Positions 9,345 to 17,558 of a stretch of 45,929 nt of DNA are shown piece after piece (positions within the stretch are counted from its first letter, which is position 1; each line of letters opens with the position of its first letter). Where the stretch lies: the NCBI GenBank assembly GCA_043754535.1, contig JAYUUN010000045.1:1-45929 (forward strand), read 5' to 3'. The translations under genes were made by a program, and so were the position numbers. Source of the stretch: Chloroflexota bacterium (GTDB lineage Bacteria > Chloroflexota > Chloroflexia > QHBQ01). Under the pieces are notes generated by a model that worked only from the letters and a program-made list of their open reading frames with translations, was not told the origin of the DNA and did no database searches.

Positions 9345-10493
9345 ATGTTCAACTACACGGTACTGGGGGCTGGGCGGCAGGGGACGGCGGCGGCTTACGA
9401 CTTGGCGCGCTTTGGCGAGGCCGGGCGGATCGTGATTGCCGACCGCGAACAGGCTCTGGCAGCGGAGGCAGCGGCGCGGGTCAACCGCCTGAGCGGACGC
9501 GAAGTGGCGGTGGCCGCTACGGTAGATGCTCGCGACCGGGCGGCCCTGGCCGACCTGCTACACGGTACGCAGGCGACGATCAGCGCACTGCCCTTTGCCT
9601 TCAACCTGACCGCGACCGAGGCGGCTATTGCTGCCGGGTCGCATATCGCAGACCTGGGCGGCAACACCGCTGTGGTGCAGCAGCAACTAGCCCTCCACCC
9701 CAGCGCGAAGCTGGCCGGGGTCAGCGTGCTGCCCGACTGCGGCCTGATGCCGGGCATGGGCAACCTGCTGGCCCTGCACGCGCTCAGCCTGCTCGCCAAC
9801 CCCAGGGAAGTCTACATCTACGTTGGTGGCCTGCCACTCCATCCGCACCCGCCGCTCAACTACCAGCTATCCTTCAACATGGATGGCTTGATCAACGAGT
9901 ACGTGGGCGACGCGATCTACCTGCGTGGCGGCGAGATCGCCACCGTCCCTGCCTTGACCGAGCCAGAGTGGGTGGAGTTCCCTGCGCCGCTAGGCCGCTG
10001 CGAGGCATTCGTCACCAGCGGTGGCACCAGCACCGTCCCCTACCACTTCGCGGGCAGGCTGCGCGTCTACGAGGAGAAGACGGTGCGCTACCCCGGCCAC
10101 CTCAGCATCCTGCAAGCCTGGCAAGCCCTCGGTCTGTTCGACGCGGAGCCGCAGATGATCGGCGGCCAACTGCTCTCCCCCCGCCGAGTGCTGGCCGATC
10201 TGCTCACCCCGCGCATCAGCTTCCCCGGCGCAGCGGATGTAGTGGTGCTGCGTGTGCGCGTCCGCAACGACGCAGGGCAGGAGGCCCAGGTTGACTTGCT
10301 CGACCAGGCGGATGCTGCGACCGGCTTCAGCGCAATGGAGCGCACCACTGGCTTCCCCACCGCGCTGCTGGCGACGATGCAGGCCCAGGGCTTGATCGCC
10401 CCTGGCGCACAGCCGCTAGAGGTGGCAGTGCCAGTCGCCGAGTTCGTCAGCCGCCTGGGTTTGCGCCAGTTTAGCGAGCAAAGTCTAGGCTAG
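9345..10493 (+). CDS. Saccharopine dehydrogenase family / lysine 6-dehydrogenase-like protein
   Basis: Rossmann VLGAGRQG, DLGGN, DCGLMPG, GLINEY, EKTVRYPGH and SAMERTTG. TGcTATAAT and an AAGGAGG RBS lie upstream. Confidence 0.85.
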   Translation: MFNYTVLGAGRQGTAAAYDLARFGEAGRIVIADREQALAAEAAARVNRLSGREVAVAATVDARDRAALADLLHGTQATISALPFAFNLTATEAAIAAGSHIADLGGNTAVVQQQLALHPSAKLAGVSVLPDCGLMPGMGNLLALHALSLLANPREVYIYVGGLPLHPHPPLNYQLSFNMDGLINEYVGDAIYLRGGEIATVPALTEPEWVEFPAPLGRCEAFVTSGGTSTVPYHFAGRLRVYEEKTVRYPGHLSILQAWQALGLFDAEPQMIGGQLLSPRRVLADLLTPRISFPGAADVVVLRVRVRNDAGQEAQVDLLDQADAATGFSAMERTTGFPTALLATMQAQGLIAPGAQPLEVAVPVAEFVSRLGLRQFSEQSLG

Positions 10494-12046
10494 GCAGCTT
10501 GCGGACGGCTGGGCTGGGGGCCGTCGCGTGATTGCCGCTTCGCTTCTTCGCGGAAGAAAGCCGCTAGTTCGCGCAAAGCCCCCTGCGCGGCGATTACTTG
10601 GGCCTGTGTCGGGCGCAGCCCCCCATAGCGGGCTGCCACATAGCTGGCGGTCAGGCTAGCGGCAGCGCGGCTGGGGAGGCGGTCATGGTAGCGGGCTTGC
10701 AGTAGAGTGAGGAACTCCGTGGGGGTGGTCTGCTGCGGGCGGGGGCTGCCTCCCTGCGCGGCCAGCCGCAAGAAAGTCCTGTAGCTCTGGCGCAGGCTGA
10801 CCATGCTACGCTGCTGCTCGTCGTGGGCGAGGGCGGCCAGTTCGTCCTCCCCCACCAGCGGTTGGCGTAGGCCCAGCCGCAGCAGCAGGCTGGCCCACAG
10901 CCCTTGCAACCATTGGTTTAGCTGGTTGAAGAACAGCGACCAACTGCCGAAGTTCTCGCGGCCCGTCTCTGCCCCCAGTGCCAGCCGCCGCTGCATCGTC
11001 CGTTGCTCAACCAGACGCAGGAGGATGAGGACGACGATCAGCAGCACTGTGATTGCCACGATCATGGGGATCGGGCTGTCGTTGACCTTAGTTATCGGCT
11101 CAAGCGGGGTAAGCACGGTGTCGGTGAAGGGCGGCGGCGGGCTAGCGGGCAGGTTCGCCCCCGCCGTCGGAGCAGCAATGGGGGTGGGGGGGCTGATAGT
11201 GGGCGGCTTCTGCACCAGCAAGCCGCCGATCAGGAAGTTGACGAAGCCACCGACCAACCCGCCTACCGCTCCCAACCCGATAGCCAGCAGGGTGAAGAAG
11301 CCAGAGAGTGGGTCGAGGGCGTTGCCGTTCCAGCCGCCAAGCAGGGCAGTCAGCGGCACCATCAGCCCGACGATCAGCAGCAGGCTGACCAACCAGATGC
11401 CTAGCTGGGGCCGCGCCGACCCGCCAAAGCGGCTGATGTTCGCCTGCGCCTCCTCAAGATTGTTCCAGGCCAGGTTGAGCAGGGCAAAGAACAGGAAGCT
11501 GACCACGATGCTGCCCAGTTGACTCTTGAGTAGGATGCCAATCGGCACGTTGCCGATGATGGCGGCGTTGAACAGTGCGATGGCGGTCAGCGCCAGCACG
11601 CCGAGGCGGAAGCGGTGGTAGAGGTCGTCGGCCAGGAAGTCATTACCGTCGCTCGCCGCCGCTCCCGCTGCCACCCCACGCAGCCAGAGGATGATCGCCA
11701 TTGCCACCATGATGATCAGCTTGTAGAAAGCGTCGCCCGCCCTCATGCTGGGCAGGCTGAAGTCGCCGCCATCGGCTACTACCATCACCAGGTAGAGACC
11801 GAGGCCAACGAAGGGTAGGGCTACCGCTGCCCCCTGCCGAGTTGACTGCCCGCTGAACAGCACAGGCAGGGCCGCCAGCAGCCAGAGAGCGGCGACGGCG
11901 AAGGTGCTGAACGGCCAGTCGCTGCGGTCTGGCACGATCATGGCGTAGACTACGAAGCCGAGTGCCGTCAGCCAACCGCTCTCCATCAGCGCGAGGGCGA
12001 CCAGGTGGCCGACGCTAGTGGGCGAGATTGATCGAAGCGAGTGCAA
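10490..12046 (-). CDS. Multi-pass membrane protein with a C-terminal DUF4129-like domain
   Basis: About 9 hydrophobic segments. C-terminal RQSY..FL...R...TTP.EF...LT..Y..ARYG pattern. TTG start at 12046 has GGAGG 6 nt upstream. Confidence 0.7.
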   Translation of the reverse strand: MHSLRSISPTSVGHLVALALMESGWLTALGFVVYAMIVPDRSDWPFSTFAVAALWLLAALPVLFSGQSTRQGAAVALPFVGLGLYLVMVVADGGDFSLPSMRAGDAFYKLIIMVAMAIILWLRGVAAGAAASDGNDFLADDLYHRFRLGVLALTAIALFNAAIIGNVPIGILLKSQLGSIVVSFLFFALLNLAWNNLEEAQANISRFGGSARPQLGIWLVSLLLIVGLMVPLTALLGGWNGNALDPLSGFFTLLAIGLGAVGGLVGGFVNFLIGGLLVQKPPTISPPTPIAAPTAGANLPASPPPPFTDTVLTPLEPITKVNDSPIPMIVAITVLLIVVLILLRLVEQRTMQRRLALGAETGRENFGSWSLFFNQLNQWLQGLWASLLLRLGLRQPLVGEDELAALAHDEQQRSMVSLRQSYRTFLRLAAQGGSPRPQQTTPTEFLTLLQARYHDRLPSRAAASLTASYVAARYGGLRPTQAQVIAAQGALRELAAFFREEAKRQSRDGPQPSRPQAA

Positions 12047-13403
12047 GGTAGTCCTCCCCGGTGATATCGTAGACTGCGACCGCCCCAGCTTGCGCCGCCG
12101 CGATACCCGCATTGCCCACCCTGACGATGGCGACCGGGTGGCCGCGCCGCCCCACCTCAGCCACCACCGCCAGCGATTGCTCGTCTAGCACAGCAGTGAC
12201 CAGCAGCATGGTTGCTCCGCGCGGCAGGCGGCTGGCGACCTGCTCTAGCAACTCGACCTGCCGTTGGCCGCCCCAGCCGATCAGCCGGGCCATGCTCTCT
12301 AGAATGCGGGTTAGTTGCTGCGGGTCGCGGTTGGCGGGCAGATAGACTGGCTCAAGCTGGTAGCCCCTGCCGCTGCTGCCCTGCAATTGTTGCCCCTCAC
12401 TGGTGTTGGCGTTGACCGCGAGGCCGACCTGGTAGCCCTCCTCTAGTGCGTGTTCGGCCAGCGAGGCGGCGACGGTGATCGCCATCTCCAGCGCGTCCTT
12501 GTTTACCCCCTCCCAGAAGCGGCTGTGCGTCTCCTGATTGAGGACGATGTGCAGTTGCAGGTTGGCGACCGGCTCGTAAACCCTGGTCAGCAGGTTCTGG
12601 CTGCGTGCGCTGGCCTTCCAGTGGATGTGGCGGGCCGAGTCGCCCCAGGCGTAGTCGCGCACGGCTAGTGGGCGCAAGGGGTCGGTCAGCAGGGGGCGGG
12701 CTGCCGCCTTGAACTCGCCAAAGAACAGGTCGGCAGGCAGGCCCAGTTGCTCGACCGGCACGATACGCGGGTAGACTAGCAATGCCTGCTCGCGCCGCAG
12801 CCGCTGGTCGCGCTTGAAGAAGCCGAACAGGTCGCCGCTGGTCAAGACCGCCCGCCCGAACTGGTAAACCCCGCGTGGCAATGGCGCGGCGGAGAACTGG
12901 CGGCTGACCCGCTCGTACCAGTTGAGCGAGAAGACCATCCGCAACTCGCCGCCCTGCACCCCCCTCTGCACCTCGCTGTCGGCTAGCTTGAGGCCGACCG
13001 GCACCTCGGCGGTCACCACTAGCCAGGGCAGCGGCAGCGGCTTGTTGTTGACGAGTGTGTAGGTGAGAGTGAAGCCTTCGCCGTGGAACAGGCGCGTCTC
13101 GCTCAGTTTGCACTCCACCTGCAAGGCCGCCAGGCTGTAGCCAGCCCACAGGCGGGCGACCAGGTAGATCAGCGCGAGCAGGCCGCCGAGGATGAGCAAG
13201 GGGGTGTTGGTGAAGAAGAAGCCGAAGACGAGCAGGCCGCCGATCACCCACGTCCAGGGTAGCCGCCGAAACAGCAGCGGGGTGAAGGGGCTGTGTTCGA
13301 TGCTAATCTCGCCCGGCGGCTCCTGCCCTGCCTGCTCCCACGCCGCGGCCTCCCCCTCCACGCTGCGAACCGCCGAAGTACCGCGCCGTAGTGATTTGCT
13401 CAT
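12015..13403 (-). CDS. DUF58 domain-containing protein
   Basis: N-terminal TM pair, RGVY.FG....GDLFG, LLVYP and VRDYAWGDSARHIHWKASAR. Located directly after moxR. Confidence 0.85.
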   Translation of the reverse strand: MSKSLRRGTSAVRSVEGEAAAWEQAGQEPPGEISIEHSPFTPLLFRRLPWTWVIGGLLVFGFFFTNTPLLILGGLLALIYLVARLWAGYSLAALQVECKLSETRLFHGEGFTLTYTLVNNKPLPLPWLVVTAEVPVGLKLADSEVQRGVQGGELRMVFSLNWYERVSRQFSAAPLPRGVYQFGRAVLTSGDLFGFFKRDQRLRREQALLVYPRIVPVEQLGLPADLFFGEFKAAARPLLTDPLRPLAVRDYAWGDSARHIHWKASARSQNLLTRVYEPVANLQLHIVLNQETHSRFWEGVNKDALEMAITVAASLAEHALEEGYQVGLAVNANTSEGQQLQGSSGRGYQLEPVYLPANRDPQQLTRILESMARLIGWGGQRQVELLEQVASRLPRGATMLLVTAVLDEQSLAVVAEVGRRGHPVAIVRVGNAGIAAAQAGAVAVYDITGEDYLALASINLAH

Positions 13404-13410
13404 AGCCCCC

Positions 13411-14379
13411 CTAAGCCTGCTCGACCGGCACTGGCGTTTGTTCCACCAATTCACCGACGATGGCGAGGCTGTCGCGTCCCCGCAGGCGGCTGCGCCCACT
13501 GCGAACCAGGCGGTGGGCTAGTACGGCGGCGGCCATGAACTTGATGTCGTCGGGCAGCACGAAGGCCCTGCCCTGCATTGCTGCCCGCGCCTGCCCCGTG
13601 CGATAGAGGGCGAGGCTGGCGCGGGGGCTGCCGCCCAGTTCTAGCAGCGGATGTTCGCGGCTGGCCCGCACGATAGCCAGGATGTAGCTCTCCACCGCTG
13701 GGCTGACGTGTACCTGCCGCACTGCCCTCTGCATCGCCACCAACTGCGCTGCGTCAGCGACTGGTGCCAGGTCGGCCAGGGGGCTAGCTTCTTTGAAGCG
13801 GCGCAGGATGTCGCGCTCCTCAGCCTCGGTAGGGTAGCCGATGTTCAGGCGCACCAGGAAGCGGTCTAGCTGCGCTTCGGGCAGCGGGAACGTCCCCTCC
13901 TGCTCGATTGGGTTCTGGGTCGCCAGCACCAGGAAGGGGCGTGGCAGGGAGGCTGTCACCCCCTCGACGCTGACCTGTCGCTCCTCCATCGCCTCTAGCA
14001 GGGCGGATTGGGTGCGCGGCCCAGCCCGGTTGATCTCGTCGGCCAGCAGGATGTTGGTGAAGATCGGGCCAGGGTGTCGCTCGAAGTCACCCGTCTTCTG
14101 GTTGTAGACGGTCACGCCCACGATGTCGGAGGGCAGCAGGTCGGGGGTGAATTGAAGGCGTTGGAAGGTACAGGCCAACGAACGGGCCAACGCCTTCGCC
14201 AGGGTGGTTTTGCCCACCCCCGGCACATCCTCCAACAGCACGTGGCCCTCGGCAAGCAGAGCAGTGAGCAGGAGGTCAATGGCACTCTCCTTGCCGACGA
14301 TCACCTGGCCCACGCTAGCCCGCAAGCCGTCTGCCAGAGTCGCCACCTGCGCTATTGCGCTGTCAATCGTCGCTTCCAA
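13411..14379 (-). CDS. moxR: MoxR family AAA+ ATPase
   Basis: GHVLLEDVPGVGKT, RLQFTPDLLPSD, LADEINRA, ATQNPIEQEGTFPLPEAQLDRF. TTG start with a GGAGG RBS. Confidence 0.92.
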   Translation of the reverse strand: MEATIDSAIAQVATLADGLRASVGQVIVGKESAIDLLLTALLAEGHVLLEDVPGVGKTTLAKALARSLACTFQRLQFTPDLLPSDIVGVTVYNQKTGDFERHPGPIFTNILLADEINRAGPRTQSALLEAMEERQVSVEGVTASLPRPFLVLATQNPIEQEGTFPLPEAQLDRFLVRLNIGYPTEAEERDILRRFKEASPLADLAPVADAAQLVAMQRAVRQVHVSPAVESYILAIVRASREHPLLELGGSPRASLALYRTGQARAAMQGRAFVLPDDIKFMAAAVLAHRLVRSGRSRLRGRDSLAIVGELVEQTPVPVEQA

Positions 14380-14458
14380 TCCGTACCCTCCCCTTTGTTT
14401 TTCGCGCCCCAGCATTATACCTCATCGTTGCAGTTGCGGTTCGGGTCAACCTGCCGTG

Positions 14459-14488
14459 TTGACAGCACCGCCCCCAGCGGGCTATACT
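14459..14488 (+). promoter_or_regulatory. Sigma70-type promoter immediately before the GNAT start codon
   Basis: TTGACA-18 nt-TATACT, then 5 nt to GTG 14494. Confidence 0.6.
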
Positions 14489-14493
14489 CGCCT

Positions 14494-14985
14494 GTGCTTA
14501 CTGCAACGCTGGCGCAAGACGAACGCCACCCCATCCTCACGGTCGCTCCGGCTACCGCCGCCGACCTTGCCGCGATCAAGCAGATCGCGGTGGCTCACAA
14601 GCTGCTGCTTGGCTTCGTCTCTAGTGGCGCACTGGCTGGTGCGCAGCAGGCTGGTACGCTGCTCTGCGCCCGCGAGGGGGAGCAGACGCTTGGTTATATT
14701 GAGTATTACGTAAGACAGGACGGCCAGGTTACAATCTATAGCATCGCAGTGGCGGCTGGGCAGCAGCGGCTGGGGATTGGGCGAGCGATGCTGGCGGCTC
14801 TCGGCGGGTTGGCGGTGGGGCGTGGACTGCACTGCATCCTGCTTAAGTGTACAGCAGACAACCCAGCCAACCACTTCTACGCCGCCCTCGGCTTCGCCCG
14901 CGTCTGGCACGAGCAGCCAGAACGGGGCCGCGCTCTCAATGTCTGGCGGCTGACCATGCGGCCTGATCACTGTGGCTGCCTTTAG
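14494..14985 (+). CDS. GNAT family N-acetyltransferase
   Basis: Acetyl-CoA motif A IAV...QQRLGIGRAML and motif B N.ANHFYAALGF. It is the 3' part of ORF 14008..14985, whose 5' part is antisense to moxR. Confidence 0.8.
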   Translation: MLTATLAQDERHPILTVAPATAADLAAIKQIAVAHKLLLGFVSSGALAGAQQAGTLLCAREGEQTLGYIEYYVRQDGQVTIYSIAVAAGQQRLGIGRAMLAALGGLAVGRGLHCILLKCTADNPANHFYAALGFARVWHEQPERGRALNVWRLTMRPDHCGCL

Positions 14986-15019
14986 TCCAGTAGCCATCGC
15001 CAACAGCGGCGTATCAACT

Positions 15020-15058
15020 GTTAACCAAACGTTAAACAAGATTTAACTTTGTTTTAAC
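15020..15058 (+). promoter_or_regulatory. Four direct TTAA repeats at 11-bp period (Pho-box-like response regulator site)
   Basis: TTAA starts at 15021, 15032, 15043 and 15054. A -10-like TATGCT lies at 15074-15079, upstream of a 5'-nucleotidase. Confidence 0.65.
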
Positions 15059-15177
15059 TACATCTGTTGCCAATATGCTAAACTTTAGCAGGCTGGCAGC
15101 AGATGATGCTAGTTGGGCTGTGGCTGCCCTCGCCCTCGTGCCGCCGTCAACAACCAAGAGGAAAAAGGAGTTTTGTG

Positions 15178-16995
15178 TTGAAGAAAGTAACTGTTTTGCT
15201 CGCTCTGTGCTTCGCCCTGCTGATCCTATCACCCTGCCTGCCCGCGCGCGCCCAGTCGGCGGACACCACCGTGACCCTGATTGGCCTCAGTGACTATCAC
15301 TCGCACGCTGTGCCGTTCTACTCGGAGGGGGCTGGTGACCAGGCTGGGGTCTCGCGCACCATCGCCTACCTCAAGACCCAGCGCAAGAGCAACCCCAACC
15401 TGCTCGTCCTCAGCGGTGGCGATACGATGAACAAGGGTACCCCTACCTGGAGCGACGAGTACAAGTGCGCCGAGTGGCCCTGGTTCAACGGCCTGATCGA
15501 CGCGATGGCGATGGGCAACCACGACTTTGACTACGGCCAGGCCGACTTCCAACGCTGTGCCGCCTCCGCCACCTACCCCGTCCTCAGTGCCAACTACGTG
15601 GATGTGGATGGCTTCCCGCTGCTCAACACTGGCGGCAAGCCCTACTTCGTAAAGACGATCAACGGCGTGAAGATTGGTGCCTTTGCGATGGCGGGCGAGG
15701 ACTTCTCCAAGCTGGTCAAGCGCAGCGACATGGCCGCCAGTTCCTACTTCGCCGACCGGGTGAAGACGGCGCAGAACATCGTGGCCGCCCTCCGGGGACA
15801 GGAGAAGGTAGATTTCGTCGTCCTGTTCGGCCACGCCCTGGTCGAGGACGACACTCGCATCGCTCAGGCCGTCCCTGGCATTGACCTGGTACTCGGTACC
15901 CACTCGCACTTCAAGGGCGAATGGGCGAAGATAGCGAACAGCAACACCTACATCATCTCGCCCTTCCAATACCTCACCTACCTCTCGCAGGTCAGTGTAA
16001 CCTTCGACAGCAGCCACAAGGTCAGCGCGATTGATGGCAAGCTGGTGAAGATGGACAGCACGATCCCGCAGGATGCTGACTACGCCGCCCAGGTCGCCAA
16101 GATGCAGAAGGATTTGGAGGCCAAGTACCCCGACCGCTTCCAGGTGCTGGGCAAGTCGGCGGTGGAGATGAGTGTGGATGGGGTCAATGTCAACGAAACA
16201 GTGTTGGGCAACTGGTCTATGGAGGTAGTACGGGCCAGTGCAGCCAGCCACGCCTTCTTCTCCACCTCCTCCTCGTTCCGCGCCACCCTGCCGCCCGGCC
16301 CGATCACGGTGGAGGGCTTCTTCACCGCTATCCCCTACAAGAACTCTATCGTCACCGCCGACCTGAGCGGCCAGCAACTCACCGATCTGCTCAACCTGAG
16401 CGTCAGCAAGCGCAACAGCGACAGCTTCCTCCAGGAGAGCGGTGTGCGCTTCAAGATGACCGACGGTAAGGCGACTGACATTCAGGTGTTGAAGAACCCC
16501 AGCAACCCCCTGGCTGGCTATGAGCCGCTCGACCTGAGCAAGACCTATCGGGTGGGCGCGACCAACTTCATGACGAACGTGGCTGCTGGCTACCGCGAAC
16601 TCTTTGCCCAGGGAGCCAACCTGACCGACAGCAAAGTGGACATTGGCAACCTGCTGACCACCACGATCCAGACCCAGGGAACGATCAGCGCGACCCTGGA
16701 TGGGCGCATGGGTGTCGCCGCTGTTGCCCAGGCCCAGCCGACCGCGATGGTGAGCGGGACGATGCAGGCCCAGCCGACTGCGATGATGCAGCCGACGATG
16801 ATGGCCGAGCCGACGATGATCATGACTGGTACGATGATGGCCCAGCCGACTGCAATGATGCAGCCAACCGCGATGATGCCCGGCCTGCCGCGCACTGGTA
16901 GCACTCCCGCCGACTTTGCCTGGGGCTGGCTGCTGCTGGTCGTGGGCAGCCTCATGCTAGTCGGCTTTGGTAGCCGCCGCCTCGTGCGCCGCTAA
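15178..16995 (+). CDS. Secreted bifunctional metallophosphatase/5'-nucleotidase with an LPxTG-like anchor
   Basis: AAGGAG then TTG, signal peptide. Calcineurin-like motifs DYHSH, GGD, GNHDFD, FGH and GTHSH, then a 5'-nucleotidase C domain. Ends LPRTG + hydrophobic helix + RRLVRR. Confidence 0.88.
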   Translation: MKKVTVLLALCFALLILSPCLPARAQSADTTVTLIGLSDYHSHAVPFYSEGAGDQAGVSRTIAYLKTQRKSNPNLLVLSGGDTMNKGTPTWSDEYKCAEWPWFNGLIDAMAMGNHDFDYGQADFQRCAASATYPVLSANYVDVDGFPLLNTGGKPYFVKTINGVKIGAFAMAGEDFSKLVKRSDMAASSYFADRVKTAQNIVAALRGQEKVDFVVLFGHALVEDDTRIAQAVPGIDLVLGTHSHFKGEWAKIANSNTYIISPFQYLTYLSQVSVTFDSSHKVSAIDGKLVKMDSTIPQDADYAAQVAKMQKDLEAKYPDRFQVLGKSAVEMSVDGVNVNETVLGNWSMEVVRASAASHAFFSTSSSFRATLPPGPITVEGFFTAIPYKNSIVTADLSGQQLTDLLNLSVSKRNSDSFLQESGVRFKMTDGKATDIQVLKNPSNPLAGYEPLDLSKTYRVGATNFMTNVAAGYRELFAQGANLTDSKVDIGNLLTTTIQTQGTISATLDGRMGVAAVAQAQPTAMVSGTMQAQPTAMMQPTMMAEPTMIMTGTMMAQPTAMMQPTAMMPGLPRTGSTPADFAWGWLLLVVGSLMLVGFGSRRLVRR

Positions 16996-17017
16996 CCTAG
17001 CCCACAGCAGCATGACG

Positions 17018-17044
17018 AGGGCCAACCGCAGGTCGGTTGGCCCT
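17018..17044. terminator. Hairpin between convergent genes (likely bidirectional terminator)
   Basis: Perfect 11-bp stem AGGGCCAACCG / CGGTTGGCCCT. Confidence 0.65.
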
Positions 17045-17070
17045 TCGCTTTGCTCTCTACCGCTTGCTGC

Positions 17071-17412
17071 TCAAGCCGCCTTCAGCCACGGGCTGTCGTC
17101 CTCGCTGTAGCTGTGGGTGACCACGTGGTAGCGCAGCGCGTGCTGATAGGCAGCAGCGAAGTCCACTGCGTCCACCCAGTTCTTCTCTGCCATGCGCTCT
17201 AGCCAATCCTGCTCGTCCAGCCGCTCGGCCTCGATTGGATAGCTGAGGCCGAGGCACTCGATGCCGTAGTCCGTGACTACCCAGAGGCCGTAGCGAGCAA
17301 CCACCCGCCCAACCTCGTAGCGCAGCACAGCGGCCCCGAAACTGACTTCCTCGTCCGAACCAACCAGCAGCACTGGTGCGGTACTAACCCCCTTGCGGAT
17401 CAGGGTAAGCAT
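17071..17412 (-). CDS. Hypothetical protein (113 aa), putatively LexA-regulated
   Basis: GGAGGGAG RBS before ATG 17412 and its own consensus promoter. Structured-looking core WVVTDYGIEC...YPIEAERL...WLERMAEKNWVD..DF..A. Confidence 0.7.
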   Translation of the reverse strand: MLTLIRKGVSTAPVLLVGSDEEVSFGAAVLRYEVGRVVARYGLWVVTDYGIECLGLSYPIEAERLDEQDWLERMAEKNWVDAVDFAAAYQHALRYHVVTHSYSEDDSPWLKAA

Positions 17413-17437
17413 AGCCGATCTCCCTCCCTCAGTTGCA

Positions 17438-17451
17438 CGAACGTACGTTCT
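17438..17451. promoter_or_regulatory. LexA (Cheo-type) SOS box CGAACGTACGTTCT
   Basis: Perfect GAAC-N4-GTTC palindrome located at the predicted transcription start. Confidence 0.8.
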
Positions 17452-17457
17452 AAGGAG

Positions 17458-17487
17458 ATTATAGCACGGATGAACTAGTAATGTCAA
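17458..17487 (-). promoter_or_regulatory. Consensus sigma70 promoter for the 113-aa gene
   Basis: Minus strand reads TTGACA-18 nt-TATAAT with a TG extended -10. Confidence 0.8.
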
Positions 17488-17558
17488 TAGCTGGGGGGCA
17501 AAACGAAAGAGGCGTGCTAGCACAGTACGCCCCTTCTCTGTTGGGTAAAGCTGGCCGC

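Noticed and set aside
10490..10493. Convergent genes sharing overlapping TAG stops (CTAG)
   Set aside because: Real, but a common compact arrangement with no further implication.
14008..14493. N-terminal half of the 325-aa ORF fused to the GNAT
   Set aside because: It is antisense to moxR and spans the promoter region. The real gene most likely starts at GTG 14494.
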